Shown: positions 37,163 through 44,886, numbered from the stretch's first letter. The stretch is DNA of 64,000 nucleotides from Candidatus Poriferisocius sp. (GCF_965219775.1 NZ_OZ244793.1:2039634-2103633), one strand, 5' to 3'. Program-made: numbers and translations. Notes: a model not told the origin generated them from the letters alone.

Positions 37163-38140
37163 TCATTCAGGCGGACTGTCCGACCGATTTCGCCACCTGA
37201 GCGCCTCCACGAGAAAATCTGTCCTGACCTGGAGGGTGCCAGCCAAGATCGAATCCTTGGCTGCCTGTTCAGCAGCGGCCGTGACCTCCGAGTGGCTCAG
37301 CCCCTTGGCAGCGGTGGACACTCCACGCCAGTCCACCGCCCGAAGGTCGAGCGACGCAAGGCGAGCGCGTATCACTTGCTTTGCGATGGCCCCAGTCGGC
37401 ATCGGGTAGTCGAGGGTTGCATCGAATCGTCGATACAGCGCTCGGTCGAGATGCTCAGGCAGGTTCGACGTGGCGACGATAACGCTGTCGGACACATCTT
37501 GCTCGAGGAACTGCAGGAAGGAGTTCAGCACTCTTCGGATCTCACCGACATCATTGCTCAGACCACGCGCACCGGCGAGTGCGTCGACTTCATCGAACAG
37601 GTATACGCCTGCGATCTCCGCAACCTGGTCAAAGATGAGGCGTAGTTTCGCCGCAGTCTCTCCCATGAACTTCGTAATCAAGCCCTCTAGTCGGACCGTG
37701 AAGAGCGGAAGATGCAGCTCGCCAGCCAGCACCTTGGCCGTCAGCGTCTTACCCGTCCCCGGAGGGCCCACGAGCAGCAGACGGCGCTGAGGCGCGAAGC
37801 CCGTTGCCCGAAGGCGATCCCGTTGCCGCTGTTCCAGCAACACTCGACGCAGCAACGACAGGACGTCGTTGTCCAGCGACAGGTCTGACAACCGCTGTTC
37901 CGGGTACTCCACGGAAAGCAAGGCCGCCAGATCACCGCGCGGCGAAGCCACCGGCGTCGGTCCGGGTCTCGGCACTCGCCCCTTCGACGCGTCGATCAGA
38001 TCTCGCAGTTGCTGCGCGTACCCTGCGTGGCCGCTGCGCGCTTCCCGAGCAGCCATCTGGAGCGCCACGGCGTAGAACTGGTCGTCGTCACCCGCGGCGT
38101 GACTCTTGATCAGGGCCTTCACTTGAGCCGCAGTCGCCAT
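37163..38140 (-). CDS. AAA+ family ATPase (IetA-like)
   Basis: 325 aa. Walker A is GPPGTGKT (residues 125-132) and Walker B is VYLFDEVD (about residues 179-186). A sensor/arginine region follows (VIVATSNLPEHLDRALYRRFD). An N-terminal helical region of about 110 aa precedes these. Confidence 0.85.
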   Translation of the reverse strand: MATAAQVKALIKSHAAGDDDQFYAVALQMAAREARSGHAGYAQQLRDLIDASKGRVPRPGPTPVASPRGDLAALLSVEYPEQRLSDLSLDNDVLSLLRRVLLEQRQRDRLRATGFAPQRRLLLVGPPGTGKTLTAKVLAGELHLPLFTVRLEGLITKFMGETAAKLRLIFDQVAEIAGVYLFDEVDALAGARGLSNDVGEIRRVLNSFLQFLEQDVSDSVIVATSNLPEHLDRALYRRFDATLDYPMPTGAIAKQVIRARLASLDLRAVDWRGVSTAAKGLSHSEVTAAAEQAAKDSILAGTLQVRTDFLVEALRWRNRSDSPPE

Positions 38141-38518
38141 CTCCTACACCTCACCTCGTCCGTACACGGGTGGCGGCACCCCCTGACCCATCACCGTAGT
38201 TCAGGCCTCCGGGCTGCCAGAGGTCCAATCCATTGCCGACATCAAGGCCTCAGTCGTGTTCGCGGCCCCTCCAATATGAACCGCGTGGGCGACCGATTCC
38301 TGCACGGCCAGTTCGAGCCTGGCCCCGGGAACACCACGCCTGCCGCGCACAAGGCCTCCTTGCACGGCAAACCCGTTCCCATCCGGCCATCTCCCCCTGT
38401 AGCGTTCGGTGGCTCCCCCCCCGCCGCATTCTGCCCTCCGAGGTTGCTCCTGCCTGTCACCGGTGTCGGTATGCTGTTGGCAGAGAAGCCCCAGTTCACA
38501 GCCCCTGGGCTTACCACG

Positions 38519-38524
38519 AAGGAG
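38519..38524 (+). promoter_or_regulatory. Shine-Dalgarno AAGGAG, 6 nt upstream of GTG 38531
   Basis: A canonical AAGGAG with a 6-nt spacer (ATCGAA) precedes an in-frame GTG that opens the small ORF ending at 38722. Confidence 0.4.
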
Positions 38525-38530
38525 ATCGAA

Positions 38531-38722
38531 GTGGAGACTCAGACTGTCCCTCGAGAGGACATCGTTGAGATGTTGCGATGGAATGCCGAAGCGACCGGTC
38601 TGGGACTGCGCGATTTCTACGAACTCGGCAAGGATGACCGCCTCGACCACCCCCTGCTCAGAGACCTCTGGCTCATCTGGGGCGACGTCCTGACAGAATC
38701 CGACCTGCTCTCGGCAGCGTGA
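38531..38722 (+). CDS. small hypothetical protein (63 aa; 83 aa if ATG 38471 is used), first gene of a three-gene cassette
   Basis: The sequence is VETQTVPREDIVEMLRWNAEATGLGLRDFYELGKDDRLDHPLLRDLWLIWGDVLTESDLLSAA. Its stop overlaps the next gene's GTG (GTGA). No family recognised. Confidence 0.4.
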   Translation: METQTVPREDIVEMLRWNAEATGLGLRDFYELGKDDRLDHPLLRDLWLIWGDVLTESDLLSAA

Positions 38723-39369
38723 ACGACACACTCAAATCACACCCCTCTGCGGGGGCCTACTTGGGCCGTGGAATCTACGATGTTGCAGAGGTCGCGCGCC
38801 TCACAAAGTGCAGTAGGCGTCGGGTGGAAGGGTGGACCAGGACCGGTGCCGTGAGGGAACCCCTGCTGTCGGGAGAACTGGACGGCCTGTTCAGCTTTTG
38901 GGACCTGCTCAGCCTCCGCGTCATCGGTGAACTTGTGGATCGAGGAGTGCCACGAGCTGAAATCGCCGAGGGGGCCAACTACCTGGCCGTTAGGCTGGGT
39001 ACTCACAGGCCATTCGCCCATCAGGGTCTTGCCACGGTTGGCCGGGGGTTCTTTGCCGACATTGGGAGTTGGGTAGATGTCGGCAGGGGCGGTCAACAGG
39101 CCTTCCAGGTTGTGATTGAACCCCTACTTAAGCCAATCACATTCAATGAATCGGGTATGGCAGCCATTTGGAGACCGCATCTGGGAGTCTGGGTGAACCC
39201 AGAGGTCCAAGCAGGGGCACCCTGTGTCGATGGCACGAGGACACCCACGGCCACACTCGCTCAATTGCATAACTCTGGGTTGAGCATAGAGGACTTGTCG
39301 GATGACTACCGACTCCAATATGAACAAGTGCAAGCTGCCATTGATTTTGAAGCCAGCATGGCGGCGTGA
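38719..39369 (+). CDS. HTH + DUF433 domain protein (VapB45-like putative antitoxin/regulator)
   Basis: The N-terminal HTH-like segment is GIYDVAEVARLTKCSRRRVEGWTRTG. The C-terminal DUF433 signature is NPEVQAGAPCVDGTRTPTATLAQLHNSGLSIEDLSDDYRLQYEQVQAAIDF. Confidence 0.75.
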   Translation: MNDTLKSHPSAGAYLGRGIYDVAEVARLTKCSRRRVEGWTRTGAVREPLLSGELDGLFSFWDLLSLRVIGELVDRGVPRAEIAEGANYLAVRLGTHRPFAHQGLATVGRGFFADIGSWVDVGRGGQQAFQVVIEPLLKPITFNESGMAAIWRPHLGVWVNPEVQAGAPCVDGTRTPTATLAQLHNSGLSIEDLSDDYRLQYEQVQAAIDFEASMAA

Positions 39370-39896
39370 GCCCTCAACCGACAAAACCCAGACTACGCCC
39401 TAAGATTCGACTCCTATTCGACGAAAATCTGCCTTGGAGAGTGGCTGCAGCCTTGGAGACACTCAACTTTCACTCTACCTATGTCGGGGATAAGAACCAC
39501 CCTGATGTTCCAACTAGGGGCTCATCAGATGAGGAAGTTCTGAGGTATACTGAAGGGGTAAATCGAACTATTGTGACTTCCAACTACGACATGATCTTGC
39601 TGTGCACTGAGCGCAAGCAATCGGTGATTTGGATAGATGCACGAGGCCGTGACTTTCGATTTGAAGAACTTGTTCTGCTAGTCTTTAAGAATATCTCCGA
39701 CTGGAATGACAGGCTCAAACAAGCTTCACTTCCAATATGCCTTCAGGCTATGAGGACGAAGACTGTCACGCTGACTATGGAAGAGGCCGCGCAGCGTGCC
39801 CACTCGAGGATGCTTCGCAGCTCCGCCAAAAAACGGAGAAACAAGTCCCATACACCGCTGGGCCCTCTCCTGTCCCCTGAAGATGAATCGAAGTGA
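39366..39896 (+). CDS. DUF5615 (PIN-like/Mut7-C-like) putative toxin nuclease with extended basic C-terminal tail
   Basis: A GTGA overlap links it to the DUF433 gene. IRLLFDENLPWRVAAAL ... IVTSNYDM matches the DUF5615 core. This gene has the lowest G+C in the window (30/60 and 31/60 in two hand-counted lines). Confidence 0.7.
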   Translation: MSPQPTKPRLRPKIRLLFDENLPWRVAAALETLNFHSTYVGDKNHPDVPTRGSSDEEVLRYTEGVNRTIVTSNYDMILLCTERKQSVIWIDARGRDFRFEELVLLVFKNISDWNDRLKQASLPICLQAMRTKTVTLTMEEAAQRAHSRMLRSSAKKRRNKSHTPLGPLLSPEDESK

Positions 39897-40037
39897 TGCC
39901 CAACGACCGCTGACTGCCATGAGCAGGTCAAGGTCCCAGTGTGGGCTGGCTCTCCGGCAACGGACTCGGCCCACATCAGTCATGCTCCAATCTGCTGCGG
40001 CCACCAATGGAGCTTGCCGTGGCCAGGCGGAGACGGG

Positions 40038-41894
40038 TTAGTCGGGGGGTGGGAGTTGGCGTTCCAGGGTTTGGGCTCGGGGGCTGATGGACAGGTCGAA
40101 GTCGGTGCTGCCGAGGGTGGAGGGGTTCCACACCTCTTGGTTCCGCATCCATTGGGCCCAACCGGAGAACCAGCCCGTGTGGTAGGAGTCGAGTTGGGGA
40201 GCCCACCAGTCCCGCAGTGGTAGGCGGGTGGTCTGGTAGTCGGCGAGCTGGGGGGCGGCCGAGGCAAAATCGCTCTCGGGCAGGTGGAGCACGAAGTCGG
40301 CGGTGACCTGAGGGGCGGTGTCCCGGTTGGCCCAGGTGAGCCCCGGATAGTCGCGGAGATACCACAGGTTGGGCACCGACATGGCGGTGTCCACCGCCAC
40401 GGTCACCGGTCCCTCGCCAACGGACACGCTGTAGCGGTTGAGGGCCTCGATGCGCTCCACCGTGCCCACATAGTCGTCAGTGGTGTGGACCTGGGTGAGC
40501 AGCTCCCGGGGATCGCGCTGGTTCACGTAGTTGGCCCGCCACGACACGAACAGCGTGGTGGCCACCAACCCGGCCATCACCACCCACACCGGGACCATCG
40601 CCACGTTCCTCCGGGCTCGCCACAGCACCTCCACGCCGTAGCCCGCCAAGAACGCCATGGGCACCAGGATGTGCAGGGCCAACCACGGGAACCGCTCGCT
40701 GGCCCAGGAGTACGACAGCCAACTGGCCACCGCCGACCACACCATGAACTTCCCCAGCAGGGTGGGACGGAGAAAGACCCGCACCGTGCCGATCGCCGCC
40801 AGGATGCACACCAGGTACTCGTACGCCGGGATGGTGTAAAGGTAGTAGTGCCACGGCTCGCCGCCCCGATTGGTGTCCTGCTCGCCCCGCCAGTAGGTGA
40901 TGCCCTCGGTGAAGCCGTCAAGGAAACTCCCCGGCCGGGTGAAGAACTCCGTGAACCACAGGGCGAAGAAGAACAGAAAGACCGCCGCGGCCAGAATCCA
41001 GCCCCACGCAGGCACCCGTCGGGCCATCCGCACCACTGGCAGCTCCCAGATCGTCCGGGGGTCGGCCAACAGCAAGAGGACCTCCAGCATCAACACGCCG
41101 TAGATGCCCAGCGTGAGGAAGACCTCCACGTCGTAGTACGCGCTGACGCCAAAGGCGATGCCCATGGGCAACAACCCCAACGGCAGCATCCACGACCACC
41201 CCGGCGGCCCCGCGCCACGCTCGGTTTCGCCGGTCGGGGCCCTCTGGTGGACGGCCTGTTCGATCAGCAGGGCCAGGAAGAACCCTCCGAAGATGAACAC
41301 GGCGATGAACGTGGACTCCTTGACGGCGAATCCCGCGGCCAGCAAGAACCCGAACAGCGCGGGCAAGAGCAACCGGGGGCGGTCCAGGAACCGCACGATC
41401 ACCACCATCATGGCCAAGATGAGAAAGGCGGTGAGCGAGTCCTCACGGCCCAGCCGGGTCATGTAGAGGGAAATGGGGCTGAACGCCAGCACCGCGGCGG
41501 CGGTCAAGGTGGCCACCGGGCCGAGCGACCGGCGCAGGAACCACGGCAGAATGATCAGCCCCACGCCGGCCAGCACCGCCACCATGCGAGCGGTGGTGGG
41601 CGACTCCCCGAACACCCAGAAGAACCCAGCCGTCAGGTAGAACCGCAGCGGCCCGTGGTACACCGGGTCGTAGCCCTCGAAGGTGCCCTCCAGGAACCGC
41701 CACGAGAACCACGCGTCCAGGCTCTCGTCGTGATGCAACGGGCGCTCGGCCAGCTCCACCAGCCGCACCACCAACCCGGCCACCGCCAGCACCCCCACCG
41801 CCACGGCCAGCGTCCGCTCCGGGTGTCGGCGCCACAACTCGGGGGTCCACCACCTGGCCGCCCCCAGCCCACGACCATGCGTCATCGTCGACAA
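40038..41894 (-). CDS. GT-C fold membrane glycosyltransferase-like protein (TIGR03663 / GT39-like)
   Basis: 618 aa polytopic membrane protein. The first-loop acidic motif is ERPLHHDESLDAWFSWRF, and the many TM helices followed by a C-terminal soluble domain are typical of ArnT/PMT-like enzymes. Confidence 0.7.
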   Translation of the reverse strand: MSTMTHGRGLGAARWWTPELWRRHPERTLAVAVGVLAVAGLVVRLVELAERPLHHDESLDAWFSWRFLEGTFEGYDPVYHGPLRFYLTAGFFWVFGESPTTARMVAVLAGVGLIILPWFLRRSLGPVATLTAAAVLAFSPISLYMTRLGREDSLTAFLILAMMVVIVRFLDRPRLLLPALFGFLLAAGFAVKESTFIAVFIFGGFFLALLIEQAVHQRAPTGETERGAGPPGWSWMLPLGLLPMGIAFGVSAYYDVEVFLTLGIYGVLMLEVLLLLADPRTIWELPVVRMARRVPAWGWILAAAVFLFFFALWFTEFFTRPGSFLDGFTEGITYWRGEQDTNRGGEPWHYYLYTIPAYEYLVCILAAIGTVRVFLRPTLLGKFMVWSAVASWLSYSWASERFPWLALHILVPMAFLAGYGVEVLWRARRNVAMVPVWVVMAGLVATTLFVSWRANYVNQRDPRELLTQVHTTDDYVGTVERIEALNRYSVSVGEGPVTVAVDTAMSVPNLWYLRDYPGLTWANRDTAPQVTADFVLHLPESDFASAAPQLADYQTTRLPLRDWWAPQLDSYHTGWFSGWAQWMRNQEVWNPSTLGSTDFDLSISPRAQTLERQLPPPD

Positions 41895-41973
41895 CGGTCC
41901 ACCTCCATCGCCTCAATTCTCTTCCTGTCGGCTGCCTTCGCGCCCGTTGCCATCGTCATCTTCGCTACGGCCC

Positions 41974-43896
41974 TCAATTCACCCGGTACACGGTGTAGGA
42001 ACCCTGGGCGAACGCCGGGGTGCCCCGTGACGCCCAAAACGCCTCGTTCACCCCGACACGACGCTCGATGGGTCCGACCACCACGTAATCCACCCCGTAG
42101 GCGGCCAACAACTCCTCTGACCCCCCGGCCCCGGCCAACATGGTGCGTGCCTGTTCATGGCGCGTTGCCCAGTCGAGCACCCCGAGATCGTTGATCCACC
42201 CGGCGAAACCGACCACCGTCTGGCGGCCACTCAACGCGGGCACCGGATGGGTGTGTTCGAAGCCCACCAGGAACACGCTGTCGGCCGGGGTCTCGTCCCG
42301 GGCCCATTCTCCGGCGGCCAACCCGTCGCCCGAGGTGATGGGGTGCGGCCACACGTTCACCTCCGGGTCCACCGCCTTCCAGATGTCCAAGGCCCCCGAC
42401 AACGTGAGGACCAGGAACAGCACCACCGCCCCCAACGCGGCCAATCCTCCGGTGGCGGCCAGCCGCACCAGCACCGCGGCCACCAGGAACGAGCCCAACA
42501 GAATCACCAGGATGAACCAGTGGGTGTTGTTCCACGGGTGTGAGGGTGCCACCCGAGCGGCGTTGGGCACGAAGAACCACAGCCACACCGGCAGAGAAGC
42601 CCACAGCAGCAGCCGGGGCAGGGTGCCCCGCCACCACTGCGCCACCGCCATCAGCACCAGGAAGGGCCCGGCATTCCGCCACCAGAACTCGAACAAGCCG
42701 TCCCGGTCGGCCGAGTAACCCGGCGCCTGCAGCCACTCGCCCCGCACCCAATTCTCCACCACCACCTCGGTGTTGAACGGCTCGATCCACAGGGCCGCGG
42801 GCAGCGACAACACCACCGCCGGGAGGGCGAACAACACCCACTGCCAGCGCAGATCCATCACCGCCCAGATCAGGCCCAACCCCAGGGCCACCACGAAGGA
42901 ATACACGTGGAACACCGGCATCAGCCCCACCAGTACCCCGGCGATGGCGAACAGCTTGCGGGATCTCGCTTGGTGGGCTTCCCGCAACAGCACCACGGCG
43001 ACCAAGAGCAACGAGAAACCAGCCAGGGTGGGCCGCTGGGGAAACAGGTTCCCGGTGACCGCGTTCTCCATGAGAATGTTCCCGGCGTGATGGCGGGTGT
43101 AGTCGGTGGGCAGATCCCCGATCACGCCCCAGCCGCCGGCCGACCGGTCGTCGAAGAAGCGGAGCCAGCCCCAGCCGCCGAACAAGGTGAAGACCAACAC
43201 CGACACCGCTCCCACTGCTCGGCTGGCGAACAACCGCACCCCCGCCGAGTACATGGTGGGCACGAAGGCAAACGCCAGGTAGCCCGACGACACCTCCAGC
43301 CCGCCGAAGGCGCTCAGCCCGGCCCGATCCAGCATGGCGGCGAAGTAGTCGATGCCGAAGTGGTAGGGCAGTCGTTCGACCCCGAACGCCGTGGGCAGCG
43401 TCGGGGGGAAATTCTCGGCATGGGCGAACGACGAGGCGTAGGTCAGGTGGGCCTGCCAGTCGGTCCACGACGACAGGTGGCCGGCCAGCATCCCCCCCGA
43501 GCCGTCGGGCACATAGGCCTGGTTGAGAATCCACACGGTGAGCAGATACGCCGGGACGCACAGCATGAGCAGGGGCGCGGGGCTCTCCGGGGAGCTGACC
43601 GGCCCCCGGAGTCGCTGCCAGAAGTCGCGGCACTCGGGGCCGATCCGGGTAACGCCGGTCCACCACCCGGTCACCGAAAGGGCGGTGGCCACCACAGCCG
43701 ACGCCAGCGCCACCGGCCCGCTCAACCGGCCCACCGCCCAACCGACGCCGTAGCCCACCAGCGTGACCGTCATGAAGCCGACCACCGCGCCGTAGGCCAC
43801 CCGCTCCTCCAAGCGGAGCTTCAACCCGGTCAGGTAGGTGAGGCCCACGCCGACCGCCACGCAGTCGGCCAACAGCAGCACCACCCACAACTTCAT
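41974..43896 (-). CDS. large polytopic membrane protein, probable GT-C-like glycosyltransferase
   Basis: 640 aa with more than 12 predicted TM helices and a C-terminal soluble domain (YGVDYVVVGPIERR...). It lies in tandem with the preceding GT-C-like gene. The family was not firmly recognised. Confidence 0.55.
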   Translation of the reverse strand: MKLWVVLLLADCVAVGVGLTYLTGLKLRLEERVAYGAVVGFMTVTLVGYGVGWAVGRLSGPVALASAVVATALSVTGWWTGVTRIGPECRDFWQRLRGPVSSPESPAPLLMLCVPAYLLTVWILNQAYVPDGSGGMLAGHLSSWTDWQAHLTYASSFAHAENFPPTLPTAFGVERLPYHFGIDYFAAMLDRAGLSAFGGLEVSSGYLAFAFVPTMYSAGVRLFASRAVGAVSVLVFTLFGGWGWLRFFDDRSAGGWGVIGDLPTDYTRHHAGNILMENAVTGNLFPQRPTLAGFSLLLVAVVLLREAHQARSRKLFAIAGVLVGLMPVFHVYSFVVALGLGLIWAVMDLRWQWVLFALPAVVLSLPAALWIEPFNTEVVVENWVRGEWLQAPGYSADRDGLFEFWWRNAGPFLVLMAVAQWWRGTLPRLLLWASLPVWLWFFVPNAARVAPSHPWNNTHWFILVILLGSFLVAAVLVRLAATGGLAALGAVVLFLVLTLSGALDIWKAVDPEVNVWPHPITSGDGLAAGEWARDETPADSVFLVGFEHTHPVPALSGRQTVVGFAGWINDLGVLDWATRHEQARTMLAGAGGSEELLAAYGVDYVVVGPIERRVGVNEAFWASRGTPAFAQGSYTVYRVN

Positions 43897-43974
43897 TGAG
43901 GGATGAACCTAGTGGAGAGTCGGGGGAGCAATGGCGCGTGTCCTGTGGAACACAGCCGGGTCACCCAGTCAGGG

Positions 43975-44886
43975 TCATCGGGTCCAGGGCTGGGGCAGCC
44001 ACCGTCCGCAGTAGTCCACGGGCCAGGGCTGGGAGCCCCGTCGGGAGTAGAGCAGTCGGGCCCGGGCGTCCTGCTCCTCGGGGGGCGCGTGCGCCGGGTT
44101 CCCGGTGCCACCCACGGTTCTCCAGGTGCGGGGCTCGAACTGATAGGCGCCGTAGAACAGGCCGTTGGAACTCTCGACGCTGTAGTTGTTGGTGGACTCG
44201 CACCATCGGAGGTTGAACCACTGTTGCTCGGTGGGCTCGATGAATCGGTTCTTGGCCAGTTCCCGGTCGGCCAGGTCGTTGATCTCCGCGATGTACACCA
44301 CCCACTCGGCCGCTTCCACCGATTGACCGGTGTCGGACAGCCGGCTGTTCAGGTAGGGAATGGCGTCGTTGAGCCGCCCGATGCGAGCGGCGGTGCGCTC
44401 GCGCTCCCCGGACACGTCCTCCACGGAACTCAACGCCTGGTCCATCAAATCGGCCATCTCCAAAAGCAGCGCCTCCCGCCAGAGGGCGTCGGTGGCTTCG
44501 GTCACCCCCAAGATGAACTCCAGGTCCTCGATCTCGCTGCCGTGGATGTACTCCTGCACCACCAACGACTCCGCCTCTTGGCGCAACAGCCGTTCTCCGG
44601 CGTCGATGGCGTTGAGCTGATCCAGCCGGCCCAGCTCACGATGCAGTTCCTCCACCGTGGCGTCGAGGGCCGCCTGTGCGCTCGCACGGGCGGCCTGGGC
44701 CACCTCCAGATCGTGTTGGGCCCGTTCCAGGTCGCGCCACGGCGGGTTGGCCGACTCCACGGCCACCGGCTCCACGGCCTCGGATTGCCCGTCAGCCTGT
44801 CCGAAGGCGACGCCGCCCACCGCCGCCGAGATGGACGCCACGGCCACGACCAGGACCGTCCAACGACTTCGCTTGTGAGCCCGCAA
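43975..44886 (-). CDS. secreted coiled-coil protein with C-terminal Rpf-like (resuscitation-promoting-factor) transglycosylase domain
   Basis: A TTG start is preceded by GGGAGAGAG. A signal/TM segment is present (WTVLVVAVASISAAVGGVAFG). The C-terminus is WFNLRWCESTNNYSVESSNGLFYGAYQFEPRTW...EEQDARARLLY...PWP. Confidence 0.75.
   Translation of the reverse strand: MRAHKRSRWTVLVVAVASISAAVGGVAFGQADGQSEAVEPVAVESANPPWRDLERAQHDLEVAQAARASAQAALDATVEELHRELGRLDQLNAIDAGERLLRQEAESLVVQEYIHGSEIEDLEFILGVTEATDALWREALLLEMADLMDQALSSVEDVSGERERTAARIGRLNDAIPYLNSRLSDTGQSVEAAEWVVYIAEINDLADRELAKNRFIEPTEQQWFNLRWCESTNNYSVESSNGLFYGAYQFEPRTWRTVGGTGNPAHAPPEEQDARARLLYSRRGSQPWPVDYCGRWLPQPWTR

Noticed and set aside
38009-38530. 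N-terminal extension of the small-ORF frame (ORF 38009..38722, including a possible ATG at 38277)
   Set aside because: The upstream part overlaps the AAA ATPase gene on the opposite strand. It then encodes Pro-rich non-protein-like sequence with no ribosome-binding site. A canonical AAGGAG precedes GTG 38531 instead.
39897-40037. tRNA fragment, att site or integrase remnant at the island's right edge (and at 33487-33517 on the left)
   Set aside because: I saw no T-loop-like GGTTCGAATCC, no cloverleaf-compatible pairing and no recombinase ORF. The boundaries therefore remain undefined.
40284-42194. 636-aa forward ORF opposite the GT-C membrane protein
   Set aside because: It is a shadow ORF with an extreme His/Gly/Pro/Arg/Gln composition. 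The reverse strand encodes a coherent polytopic membrane protein.
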